Source: Octopus vulgaris
Lineage: Eukaryota
Assembly: GCA_951406725.2 (NCBI GenBank)
Contig: OX597814.1
Coordinates: 48,980,001 to 49,044,000, forward strand
Direction: 5' to 3'
Length of the DNA stretch: 64,000 nt
The notes beneath the pieces were generated by a model. It was not told where the DNA came from. It saw only the letters and a list, made by a program, of their open reading frames with translations, and ran no database searches. This document shows, piece after piece, positions 36,822-49,586 of this stretch; within the stretch, counting starts at the first letter, position 1, and every line of letters starts with the position of its first letter. A program made the translations under genes and the position numbers.

Positions 36822-38860
36822 CTGCAACAAAAATTGAATAAAACCAATAAAAATCAAGACTCAAAAAAATCAACTTAGTATATTAAAATGATCTAAAACC
36901 TACTTAGTAAATAATCATTATGATATTGTGTTTTTATCTAAAAAGGAAAATATTTAAATTTTGCAATAGTAATAAAGAGCAATCAGAAAATTTTAGAAGA
37001 ATACAATATTCAAGTGACAATCAAAGAGTCAAATTTAGGAACTTGAACAAAAGGAAATCTAAAGTGTAAAAAAAAAAAAAGCTAAGCCATAAACTATAAC
37101 GCCATAAATATGTTTCCTATCCACTAAGGGACTGTTAGGGGATAATGCTAAGATTTAGCACCATGGTAAGTAAATGAAAGATAATTTCAACATGGAGAGG
37201 GTGTTACCTAAAGTTATCTCAGGTAATATTTCCAAACAATCAGTTACTTATTCCTTGGCAGCTATGTGGACTGACACTCAGATAATTAAGTATAGTGCTC
37301 AAATACACTGAAAAATGCCTGTCATGTATATGAACTCCTTAGAAATGTAACCATAACCACACAGCTATTTTACTTGTACACAATGATGTCTTAAGGAAAA
37401 ATTCTTAGCTCATAAAGAAATCAGAAAAAATAACAAGAAAATTCAAATTAGAAATATCATCCTAAGAGTTATCTCAATTCAATTGTTGCTGTAACATTAC
37501 ATAACATATCAAGATTTTTTTTTTTTTACACAGATATCTTTCAGGGCAATGCGCACTAAAACTTTTAATTACTCTAGTTTGATGAGCAGTTGGCACTAAC
37601 CTTTAAAATGCTTGTAGTCTTAATAGATGGATTACATTTAAAAATAAATGTCTATTTTCTCTTAGAAGTTTATTTATAATAAATCTCTTCAAACCCACAT
37701 TAATTTATAATTTGTACATCAAGAAAATCACTTCATTCTAAAATATAAAATACTGGAAAAATATTAAATATAAATGAAAAAGATTGAATTTTTTATTTGC
37801 TTTATTGCTTAAGAGAAAATTCAATAATAAATCATTTGCAACAGAACATTAAAAACAATGTTGAAGTAGAAAAAACATGGAAACTGAAGAAATATGGGAC
37901 CTAAAGGGAACTTTTCTTACAATTATAACAGATGGTTTTATTGACCACAGACAGACTAGTGTCAAGGATAACTGTAGTTTATTTAGAAACAGCCTCTTGC
38001 AAGCTTTGATAAAGGTTGAGGATGGCCTAACAGTTTCTTTAAACATATGTGATGCAGAATGCTGAAGCAAGTCAAGCAGTTAATAAGAAAGAAGGAAAAT
38101 GGGAGAATTAAAAGGAAAGAAAGCCATCATGGCACAGAAATACTAAGACGCAAAATGGAAGGCTAAAAACAGGTATTCCTAGGAAGAATAATGACACAGT
38201 TAAGAAGTATTCTAAAACTGTAAAGGGGACGAAAATAAGGTATAAATAATTAGACTAGAAAAAAACAGATGGTAAAAGCAAATGAAAGCACCACAGGAGA
38301 AATTTCTATGTGTAAACATACATAGAGACATAGTAACAATAGGAAAGTGATCCATTTAAGGGTTCATGAAAATTATTAATTAGATGTATTAAAAAAACTA
38401 AGGGGAGTCAACAGAGAGCCAGACAAATACTGTTAGTGTACCAGTATTAATTCAAGCTCTTTCTGTTCCGAGTTCAAATCTTGCCACAGTCAACTTTGCC
38501 TTTCATCATTCCAGAATCAATAATGTAAAGTACCAATCAGGAACCGGTGTAAATTCATTTCTTGGTATTGGCTGCACTGTACTATGAGAACATGGTAGAC
38601 CACTCACAGTATTCCATTTCTCCAAGATGGCCACTTCCATCTTGTCACAGGAAGAATGTGGCCACCAAGTTCCTGACAGGGAACAGCACATGATCATGAT
38701 GATGGCGGTGATGTATGTAACAGGCAGTGAGTAGATGCAGGGAAAATTAAAAAACTAGAGTGCTACTTTCAAGTGGATATAACCTAAGAACATAACATTT
38801 TTGCAACTATATTTCTGGATAGAGTTACTATGAGCTTCAACTGATTTTAAATATAATTAA

Positions 38861-39081
38861 CCCTTTAGTGTTCAGATTATTCTGTAAAATGTGATATTTG
38901 TTTATTTATATTGTTTTGAATTAATCATGCATTATCTCGTAGTTTAGAGATTTCAGTGATGTGATTTTTTAGTTTTAGAATGGACATTGTAGGGTTGAGG
39001 TGGGAGTCTGGATCTGGTCAATTTCAATATAAAACAGGTTAAATATTTTGGCCGGATATGGCCGGTTTGAATGCTAAAGGG
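38861..39081. mobile_element. piggyBac-like MITE (221 bp)
   Basis: TTAA TSDs at 38857-38860 and 39082-39085; TIRs CCCTTTAG / CTAAAGGG. Confidence 0.85.
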
Positions 39082-39734
39082 TTAAGTCTTTCTTGGGGTT
39101 TAACAAAATATCTGTAACTTTGCTAATTTGTATATGGCATGTTGGTCTTGACCAACTGAAATCTTACAATATAATTCAATCTAAATAGTCACTTTAATAC
39201 AAGCTCTCTCAGGTGAATATTAAAAATTCTTGAAATAACAATTTTAAAATTAAGAGATATAATGAGCAGGTACTACTATAGAAGTAGTTTGAATAGAAAG
39301 GTCTCAAATAAATGAGGAGAAAACTACTGCCATAAAACTTGCTCAAAAAATTGCCATTACTGTTAACAGTTGCTTTAAAAACATGTTACAATAAAAAACT
39401 GAAGTGATGTTATTAAGACAGAAAGAAACCAAAGATACTATTAACTAGTTGTGATAACAGTTTAGAATGATACGAATCATGCACATATAGTTATGGGCAA
39501 CTTTAATAAACACACCAGAAAAAAATTACCTTCATAAAAGGAGGAAGAGGAGGAGTCTCTTTTTTTTCTTTAGATAGCAAAAGATGGACTGTTTTACACA
39601 CATGCCAAAACACATGAGAGAAGAAAAACATTTCATAACATTCAAATTTTCTCCAATAAATTCCAGATAAACCACCGACAGCCAGATATATCTCTGCAAA
39701 CAATCACTCTTTACTTGAATGGGCTATGCTGCCA

Positions 39735-39942
39735 AGGCAGCGATCTGGCAGAAACGTTAGCACGCTGGGCGAAATGCTTAGTGGTATTCTGTCTGTCTTT
39801 ACATTCTGAGTTCAAATTCTGCCGAGGTCAATTTTGCCTTTCAAGATTGATAAAAATAAGTACCAGTTGAACACTGGGGTTGATGTAATAATCTTACCCC
39901 ACCCTCAAAATTGCTGGTCTTGTGCCAAAATTTGAAACCAAT
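39735..39942 (+). mobile_element. tRNA-derived SINE family B
   Basis: GGCAGCGATCTGGCAGAA..GAGTTCAAATTC..TTTGCCTTTCA..AAGTACCAG; homologous to the 48317, 49016, 52194 and 46352 copies. Confidence 0.78.
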
Positions 39943-39984
39943 AGGTATGTATGTATGTAAATATATATATATATTACACACGTA

Positions 39985-41400
39985 AATGCTGAAAATGTGC
40001 AGAAAATAGACTCCATCAACTGCTGGGGGCGGGCAAGCTAGAGGTAGTAGATAGCTTCTGTTATCTAGGTCACCAAGTTAGTAGTGGAGGTGGATGCTCC
40101 AAGAGCATAACTGTGAGAATAAGATTAGGCTGGGCAAAGTTTTGAGAGCTCCTACCCCTGCTGGCAACAAAGGACCTATCTCTCGGAGTGAAAGGTCGAT
40201 TGTATTATGCCTGTGCGTGAACAGCTATGCTACATGGCAGTGAAATGATGGGCTGTGACAGCCAAGGACATGCATAGACTTGAAAGAAATGAAGTCAGTA
40301 TACTTTACTGGATGTGCAATGTTAGTGTGAATGTTTGACAGAGTGTAAGCATCTTTTTTTCAATTTCAATTCAATTCAATTTTTATTGGCTCAAAAAGCA
40401 AAAGCAAGGCCATGTAGGGGGACAGGGAGATATGTACAGGGAGGGTGGTCATACAGAGTTCAGGCCATTTCTGGTCAAGAGAGACTTTGAATCGAGCGGC
40501 CGTCGGCATCTTCACTATCTCGTCCAGCAGCTTATTTCACGGATCCGCAACCCGGACGGAGAAAGCCCTTCTCCTTCAATTGAGATGAAATCGTCGTAGA
40601 TAGAGCTTTTCGGAGCCCACGCTCTAGAGCAGGAGTGAAGAACAGCTATTTCGAGAGGTTACACTTTCCGCTTATGATGTTGTGAGCAAGAATGAGATTA
40701 CTTTCTTGAGAGAAAGTTAAGCATAAGTGGCGTCAGTGTGCAAGAGAGTTGACTGCACTGGTATGGTCATGTAATGCATATGGACAAAGACAGCTGTGTA
40801 AAGAAGTGCCAATCTCTAACTGTGGAAGGAACCTGTGGTAGAGGCAGACCCAGGAAGACATGGGACAAGGTGGTGAAGCATGATCTCCAAACGTTAACAC
40901 TCGCAGAAGCAATGACTAGTGGCAATATGCTGTGCTTGAAAAGAGATGTCAAACAAGTGAAATTGAAGTTGTGACTGATGCTGGTGTCATGTAACTGGCA
41001 CCTGTACCAGTGGCATGTAAAGAGCCCTTTCGAGTGTCGGACCTCACAGAGGTGAGTTCCTTTCAAGCATTGGTCCTCATGGAGGCAAAGTGGCGGAGTT
41101 CCTTTTGAGTACTGGGCCTCACAGAGGCAATGACCAAGACCTTTGGCATTATATTGTGCTTGAGAAGAAGACCCATCTAGCCATGCAAAATTACAGTTGT
41201 GGCAGATACCAGTGCCGTGCTTGTGGCATGCAAAAGTACCCATTACACTCACGGAGTGGTTGGCATTAGAAAGGGCATCCAACCATAGACACCATGCTAA
41301 ATCAGATGAGTCTGGTGCAGCCTTCCAGCTTGCCAGCCTGGTCAAACCATACAACCCATGCCAGTATGGACAACAGACGTTAAATAATGATGATGATGAT
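39985..41400 (+). mobile_element. RTE-clade LINE 3' portion ending in a family A-type tail, interrupted by a CR1 insertion
   Basis: Contains LEVVDSFCYLG..SSGGG..RIRLGWAKF and GRGRPRKTW motifs; (GAT)n tail near 41390. Confidence 0.8.
40356..40700 (-). mobile_element. CR1-clade LINE 3' fragment nested in the RTE
   Basis: Minus translation KLYLRRFHLN*RRRAFSVRVADP*NKL..IVKMPTAARFKVSLD; (ATTGA)n tail. Confidence 0.78.
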
Positions 41401-41439
41401 ATGTGTGTATATGCATACATATGTGTGTGTATGTATGCA

Positions 41440-41482
<43 letters not shown>

Positions 41483-41735
41483 TGTGTGTGTGTGTGTATG
41501 CATGCATATATATATATATATTGTGTGTGTGTGTGTGTGTAATAAATAAAATGGGAGGAAATAGAAATAGAACTGAAAAAAAAAATCTGAATGCTTTCCA
41601 ATAAAATTAGAACCAGTAAAATAAATACTGGGATTAGTACAACTAAAAACACTTCAATATAACGTCTAAGCATGCTCACAGTTTAAATACTTATTTAGAA
41701 AGGAATTAAATTATTGTGTGTATGTGTGGGCAAGC

Positions 41736-41810
<75 letters not shown>
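41736..41810. repeat. (GATA)n microsatellite
   Basis: Read directly from the sequence. Confidence 0.96.
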
Positions 41811-41811
<1 letters not shown>

Positions 41812-42928
41812 GACCTCTGCTTCACAACTAGATGGTTGGAAGTCCAATCTTACAGCATGGGACCTCAAATAAGTTTCTTGTACAGTTGCCTTGTGAGTGA
41901 AAGCTAGTAGGAAAGTGAGGAAATTCTGTGTGTGTCTGTCCACGTCCATGTATGTACATAAATACATACATACACATGGACAGACACACACACACAGATA
42001 TGTATGCTTATGTTTAGTGGGGTAACAAGTTACAACCTTTTATGCTTAAGCAGAGACATTAACGTAATGGTATTGGAGTCAATATTATCAACAAAAGCCC
42101 TTGGAAGCAGAATCCCAGTACAACAGAACTGAAATTACTATAACCAGTAAAAGAGCATACATGCACACAAGGAATGGAGACATGAGATCCACAAAATGAG
42201 AAGTAGAATATCACTTCATCTGTTACTTATGTTTTTAATTATGTCACAACTTAGATTTTATTTTGATTTCAGAGATGTATCAAAACAAATTTCAAAGAAA
42301 CATTAAGGAAAGAAAACAAAACAGTATTGGAGACTGTTGACAGGTATGCTAGTGACCTCATAAATATTGTAATATATAAAATCTTGCATCTGTTTATAAG
42401 GCGGGAAGGGGAGGACAAGAACAGAAAAACAGGAAAGATGAAAGGTTAAAAAAGATATGGACTATGAGGGGCAGCCAGAGTGAGTGAACAACATAGAGAA
42501 AGAAGACAAAGGAGGAAACACCAAATCACATGCTGCTGGTGGGAGAGAAGATAGCAAAGAATAACCTAACTGACAGAATGAGAACAGATGTTAGAAAAAG
42601 AGAAACAAAAATGATGAAGTGATAAATGAGAAACATAAAAGTTGGGAGCAATGAACCATACACACTGTACATAGTGACCAATTAGAAAGTATAGTACATT
42701 TCATGTGACCAACACACAAAAGAATACATTTCTTTTGAATGTTTTTTTTTTATTACTGATGATGAGATAATGAATAATGAAATAATACAATACACATAAA
42801 CTTTCGATGGACTAATAAAACAATCAAACTATGTAATACTGACAATGTAAAAGTGCAAGTCCTGAACATAAAGACTATGTTCTAGAGCTAAGATGCTCTG
42901 ACTCTAAGCTTTAATATATACAGTTTAA

Positions 42929-43148
42929 CCCTTTAGTGTTTAAACTGGCCAAATCCGGCCCAATATATTTACATATTTTATATTCAAACTGGCCATATCT
43001 AGCCTCTCACACCAAACCTACATTGCCAGTCTAAAAATAAACAATCACATCATTGAAACCTCAAAGCTATAAGGTAATGCATGATTAATTCAAAACAATT
43101 TAAATAAAAAAGCATTACATTTAACAGAGTAATCTGAACACTAAAGGG
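42929..43148. mobile_element. piggyBac-like MITE (220 bp), inverted relative to the 38861 copy
   Basis: TTAA TSDs; TIRs CCCTTTAGTGTT / AACACTAAAGGG. Confidence 0.87.
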
Positions 43149-45129
43149 TTAAAGACATCTCTACCCAGCAAAATTGTATGTCATCTTAATTCTATCATCC
43201 TATAGTTAGCAGCACCTTAAAATTAACTGCCATATAAATTATAAAAAAAATTTCCTAATTAAAGTTTACATTATAAAATACCATAAGTACATTTTAAAAT
43301 AATTAATGCTTACAGCATTTGATGTAAACTTTCGTTATAAATAATAGAAGAAGACAAAATTTGTTGATGGCAACTACAACTGTCATCTTTCTGAGAAGCA
43401 ATAAAACACATACCAATCAAATACTAGTATCTAATTAATTGATAATACTCGGCTCTAAAATGTGTGGCCTTGTGACAGTGATAGAAACATTTTATTAATA
43501 AGTATTCTCTGAAAAAACTCATTTCAGATAACCTTTCTATACAGATTCAAAGATTTTTTGATGAATAACTGTTACATTACACTGTTCATTGAAATTTACT
43601 ATGATGAAATAAAATCAAGTCGGCTTCAACAACTAGGCAGACTTTTACAAAGGCATTTTTACTTGACTAGGGCCACTTAAATGTTCTACTTGTGATTCAA
43701 AGGTATCAAGTTAATATTCATTGTAATTAATACAATCTATGAAGCTCAGACTGAATAAAGCTTTTTCTTTTTATTTCTGAGAAGCCAAAAGGCAGAAATA
43801 TATCCCAAAATACAGTGGAGGATGAACAGATTCGAAATTATTGCTGTAACAAATATCTGAAGATCTTCTGATAAACAAGATAGGTTTTGATATTCTAAAC
43901 GGAATGATCTAATACATCCAATAAAGGCTAAGACAGTGGCACACCCATCAAATATAGAGGATGTAATAGAGATTATAATGAACAGCAAATGACAAGAATG
44001 AAAGAAAAAGTTTAATGGAAGTATATTTGATTCACGCGAGAAGTAGATACTTTAGGAAAACCACAAAAGGAAGCTGAAGATTGCAAACTTCCTTTTTGTG
44101 ACAATTACTTCTGCAGATAAAAAGAAAGAAATTAAAAAAAACACCTTCCCAGATAAATGATCTTGGGTGTAAAAAAGAGATTTCTGTCATTATCTATCAA
44201 AAGAACAGGAAGCATACTTCTAAATAAACAACCAGTATAAATAGACAAGATTACTGAAGCAAGAAAATTTTCTTGCCAGAATCTGGTAAAATATCAAGAA
44301 CAAATCTTAAAAAATCAAACTCAAATGGTTTTGAAGCATCTCTAGACAGCTCCAGTGAGGCAGAGTCTTTCAGTGATGTGGTGATATAAGTTAAGTTAAA
44401 GAAACATCCATAGCTAGAACTAAGCAATAGCTAGCATTAACTGAGATCTCAAGAAAAGGTTATCATTTAACATGTAGTGTAAGTAATAAATGATATCATA
44501 AACCTACACTATCTTCATACAGTTTAGACAAAAATCTACACCAATTCCTATTACAATGTTATCAGACATGTACTTGATAAGGAGAAAGTACTATAATTCA
44601 AAATATGTGGTTGATAAATACTTTAGTGTCAAGAAAGATTAAAATGAAAGTATTCTAAAAGATTTTTGCAAAACAAACTAAAAATGATATGTCATACCTA
44701 AAGCAAAAGAATTTGCATTGTATGCTAAAATATTTGGGGATTAAAATAATCTTATTCCATGTGCCAAAGCACATAAGCAAAAATCTGCCAGCTCTTTCAA
44801 ATGTTATGCGTCTATATCAGATTATATCGCCATTCCAAATTCATCATAGCTGGTATTTAAAAAGTTATTCTACTATAACCATAACCCCAAGTAGAGACAG
44901 ACAGATTTGGCTAGAGAACCAAAATTCAATGGCAAATTTGCTAATATATCAACTGTACAAGATTCCTGACTATCGCTTAGAAACTTCAGTTTTCTTATAT
45001 CATGCAGCAGCATCAAAGGCTAACAGATTTTTTTTTGATTTTTTTTTTTAAAGATAAATTTTCTTAGCATGTACCTTCATTTTCTAATTTAAAACTTCTG
45101 AATACATGCATGTACATGCCTGTGCACAA

Positions 45130-46350
45130 GAACATCATCTACTTTTTGAGAGTCAGCATTTTGAGATCAAACATCTGTCTTTCTCAGTTTTTCTCTTCCA
45201 CAGGTTTCTTCCACTTGCATCACTTAACACCTTCATAACCCAACAACCACCCTCTACATGACCATACCAATGCAGTCTTCTCTCTTGAACACTACAACTA
45301 ATTTTCCTTACACCCAAATTTTCTCTGAATTCAATTGTGCTCTATTATATATTCAAACTAACATTACACACCCAGTGGAACATATTCACCTCATTTCTTT
45401 ACAAACAGTGTTTCACTACCATGAAATATGCTTCATATACAAGCATCATACAGTGTGTCCTTCACTAGGAGAGTGAATCTCTTTGTTGCCAAAAGAAATA
45501 ACAGTTCCCATAACTTTCTTTATTCTGGGATCACCTAGCTAACGGAAGCAGTCCTTTTCTCAGGAAATCTAAAGGCATTTCAAGAAAGTTTGGTGGTCTA
45601 ACTGCTAACAACTCCCAAACATTAGCTATATATAAAGTTATCCTCTGTCAACCTGTTCCTGATTCCACTAAGTTTTTGGTACTCCAATAGCTTATACTGG
45701 GTACACCACATGGAATTCTTACATATTCCTTCTCTGCATGTCAAACATGGCAACTTCCCAAATGGTAGAAGAATCTTGTTTTTCTTTCCTACTAACTACA
45801 ATATTTACTTTTGCTACATTTAATTTGAGGATTATTTTTTATTCTAAGACTCTGCTTTCATATTTGGAATTTCTTCATTATTTCTTCAACAGGTTCAGCT
45901 ATGAGAAATAGGTCATTAGCATAGAGACATTCTATGCAAACCCTGATGGACATCTACTTGCACACTAAATTCCTTGCTAAATTCATTGCTAACCCTCACA
46001 TAGCTCTTACAAGCCTTTCAGATATATTTAGCTTTCTTATCAATCCCTAGACTACAAAGTTTGATGCCCTCAAAGGCCTGCCCCATACATACTAAAGTAC
46101 AGTGGCTTCCACTTAACTAAGAACTTCCAAGTTGTCTCACTAAGAAGAATGTATCCATAGAATCACAACTTAACACAAACCTAGACTGCAGATCTTTAAA
46201 TTAATTTCTTTCCTGATTAGTTATGCATATAACTCTTTCTGTTACATTCATAACATGATTCACCAGTTTCATGTCTCTAAATGAAGAGCATCTCCTTTGC
46301 ATTTATAACAGTTCACCAGTCTGCCAGTCATTGAGGTATGACACTGCTCC
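45130..46350 (-). mobile_element. Degenerate RTE-clade LINE remnant
   Basis: Colinear resemblance to the 51780-53245 remnant; heavily decayed. Confidence 0.5.
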
Positions 46351-46351
46351 A

Positions 46352-46525
46352 TATTGGTTTCAAATTTAAGCACAAGGCCAGCAATTTTAGGGGAGAGATA
46401 AATCAATTACATCAATCAACCCCAGTGCTCAGCTGGTACTTATTTTATCAACCAGGAAAAGCAAGGTTGACCATGGTGGAATTTGAACTCAGAACGTAAT
46501 GATGGATGAAATGCCACTAAGCACT
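46352..46525 (-). mobile_element. SINE family B copy
   Basis: Reverse complement of the family B core (GAATTTGAACTCAGAAC, CTGGTACTTATTTTATC). Confidence 0.7.
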
Positions 46526-46972
46526 TTTCCCTAACAGAAGAGGGAATTTGATGGTGAGTGAGTTGTTTAATGTCAGTTTTCTTTATCTGAAAAGAAAAGC
46601 AACAATGTGCTCATTTGATGACAGTTGAAGGGTTCTTGCACATAACTGGAGGTTCACACTAAGCTACCCTACTACTGTGAAAAGTATCCACACACTAAGT
46701 GTTAGTCTCATGCATAAAATTTTGGTTTTACATTGAAACATGTGACTTGTGATTTTGATATTACACTTCCTATCCCCAACCACTTTGCAACATTAATTGG
46801 GTGCATTTTATCATGTCTCTAGTACTAGACAAACTATCTGACATGACTTAAAGACATCCCTCTACACAATCAGTTTTAATTCAGAGTTTCTGTTGGGCTT
46901 GTTTCATTGCTAACCTTCAATAGTCTTTTAAACAAGTGCAACTCTTGTTTAAGGCATGTCTGATTAAAAATA

Positions 46973-47330
46973 CATCATCATCATCATCATTGTTTAGCAT
47001 CCGCTTTCCATGCTAGCATGGGTTGGACGGTTCAACTGGGGTCTGGGAAGCCAGAAGGCTGCACCAGGCCCAGTCTGATCTGGCAATGTTTCTACGGCTG
47101 GATGCCCTTCCTAACACCAACCACTCCGTGAGTGTAGTGGGTGCTTTTTACGTGCTACCGACACAGGTGCCAGGCATGGCTGGCAACAGCCACGATCAGA
47201 TGGTGCTTTTTACGTGCCACCCACACGAGGCCAGTCAGGGCAGCGCTGGCAACGGCCACATTCGGATGGTTCCCTTACGTACCACCAGCATTGGTATCAC
47301 AGCTGCAATTTCCATTGATGTTGATCGATT
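46973..47330 (-). mobile_element. SINE-like family A copy (young)
   Basis: Near-identical to the reverse complement of 35842-36013. Confidence 0.82.
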
Positions 47331-47815
47331 TCGAAATAATTCCTAACACCAAGTAACTGCATTTTCTTATAAGAATATAAGTCACTAGTGATGCATAAGG
47401 GCATTGTTGTTGCATATTCTTTGAGGTATATTGCACAGCCTCAACTGCTGTTTGTATATTAGGTACTGAGTTTGTCCTTTGTGTAACTATAGTTCTAAAT
47501 GTATTCCCATGATTATCAACAAAATTACAGGCAATAACCATAGAATAGTATTCAATGGCTTTAATACAACATATCTCAAAAAATAGCTGCTTCCCACTTA
47601 TAAAAATATCAAAGCAATGCCCAGTTGTTTTGTTTTGTTCTTTTTGTATGTGTGTAAGTGCACACACACACACACACACACTCATAACTTATAAACTTAG
47701 ACACAAATAGAAATTATAAGAGTAGAAAGCCAAGAAAAAAACAGCCAGCACTCTGAGAAATGAGAGAGTGCTTTCAGAAATTATTTTTCAAGAAAACAAT
47801 AAAATTTTGTCTTAC

Positions 47816-47969
47816 TTGTTCCTTATTCCGAGTCATATGATTGGACTGAAGTCTTCGCAGAAGTGGAACACCATTCCTAGATTGACGTTTTAAAGTCCAA
47901 TAACTTAAGAGTCGTGCCAAAAACTGCTGCTTCTTTTGTAAAGTAATTATGCCAGAAATTTTGGTTATT
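47816..47969 (-). CDS. BRPF1: BRPF/peregrin-like coding exon B ([41 protein letters not shown]...)
   Basis: ATTTAG| and |GTAAGA; 154 nt, phase 2 to 0, matching exon [20 protein letters not shown] is a BRPF signature. Not in the ORF track. Confidence 0.96.
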
Positions 47970-48316
47970 CTAAATTAAATAAAAAATAAACAAAAACCAC
48001 TTTAAATTGATTAAATCACCTACCTGGAAGTAAAGAAAATGTTAATAATTTAAGAGAAAGAGAAAAAAAATTTTTTTTTTATTGAAATGTCTCTATGGAA
48101 GAAGGATTAAAACTTCAGTATATTAAAATAAAACACATTTCAAAGTATAACCAACTGGATAAACATAGATGCTTCCTATATCTAAAAATACAACATATAT
48201 TCATATACACAATAAAATGCCCATATGAACACAGAGTTTCTCAAAAATAGTTTTAAGAGACAATTCCTGTAATAGGTATTCTTTATTTCATGCTATATTA
48301 TATTATATTATTATTA

Positions 48317-48530
48317 AGGTGGTGAGCTAGCAGAATTGTTAGCACACAAGGCAAAATGCTAAGCAGCATTTCATCTGTCTTTGTGTTCTGAGTTCTAATT
48401 CCACCAAGGTCAACTTTGCCTTTCATCCTTCAGGGTTGATAAATTAAGTACCAGTGAAACATTGGAGTCAATGTAATTGACTAGTCACATCCCACCAAAT
48501 TTCAGGCCTTGTAACTTTAGTAGAAAGGAT
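48317..48530 (+). mobile_element. SINE family B copy
   Basis: Shared family B core. Confidence 0.75.
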
Positions 48531-48535
48531 TATTA

Positions 48536-49005
48536 TTATTCAGTAGTTTATTTTTATCACGTGCTTTCACTGCACTACCGAGCGCAGTTCTGCATGCCTT
48601 GGGTATGTGCTATGGTTTGTTTTAGTGTTGTTATTTTCATTGTATTGAAAGTGCTTTATGTAGGAGGTGTACAAGTGCCTAATAGTGCTATTTTCTTTAT
48701 GTTATATATATTCATAAGTCCTGGTGTTTTGGTTATGTATTTGTCGGAATGTTTTTAATCATACCTAATGCACCTATTATTCAAGGGATTGTTTCTTTTT
48801 TCAGCTCCACATTAAGGTTATCTCTATTTCCAGATCTTTCTATTTTACGAGTTTCTGTTTCTTTTAGAGACACATTTTCATCTGTTGAAATTGATAGATT
48901 GATTATAAGGCATTTTTGTTTATCTCTGACAAATATATTCAGTCTACCAGTCTTGATTTCTCTGTGTGTATTGGCATATCCCAGAGTATGGTTGCTTTCT
49001 CATTT
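48536..49005 (-). mobile_element. 3' fragment of an RLE-type (R4/Dong-like) non-LTR retrotransposon
   Basis: Minus translation includes KDLEIEI..ETIP*IIGALGMIK..DKYITKTPGL..KKIALLGT, typical of an RLE C-terminus; flanked by (TTA)n. Confidence 0.7.
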
Positions 49006-49015
49006 ATTATTATTA

Positions 49016-49216
49016 AGGTGGCAAGCTGGCAGAATCATTAACACACCAGGCAAAATGCTTAGCAGCATTTCATCCATCTTTACAACTGAGTTCAAATTCC
49101 ACCAAGGTCGACTTTGCCTTTCAGGGTCAATTAAATAAGTACCAATTACACACTGGGGTCAATGTGACTTACCCACTCCCCTCAAATTTCAAGCCTCGTG
49201 CCTATAGTAGAAAGGA
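49016..49216 (+). mobile_element. SINE family B copy
   Basis: Shared family B core. Confidence 0.75.
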
Positions 49217-49380
49217 TCATCATCATCATATTATCATTATTAGTATTATTGTTTGCTGAGCAAATCAAAACTGCTATATAAACTCACAAGAAAAGGGGAA
49301 TTCTACAAACAAAAGGATAAAAGGTTTAAATATTTACACTTTTAAAACAAGAAATTTCTTAACTTAAAAGAGAGAGAGAG

Positions 49381-49423
<43 letters not shown>

Positions 49424-49534
49424 ACACATGCACCTGCCATACATCAGCATGTGTGTGAGGAAGCAGTGTGACTGTCTGCCCACCTACATCTTTGTTTTTG
49501 TTTATGTGTATGCCTACAGTTTGAAATAGGCTGA

Positions 49535-49586
49535 TATCCAAGTTATAGAGACAGAAGTATTATCCAAGTTATAGAGACAGAAGTAT
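49535..49586. repeat. 26-bp tandem duplication
   Basis: TATCCAAGTTATAGAGACAGAAGTAT occurs twice. Confidence 0.92.

Noticed and set aside
47023-47346. Recurrent MDGSTGVWEARRLHQ / MLAWVG ORFs
   Set aside because: They are readthrough of family A SINE copies, not genes.
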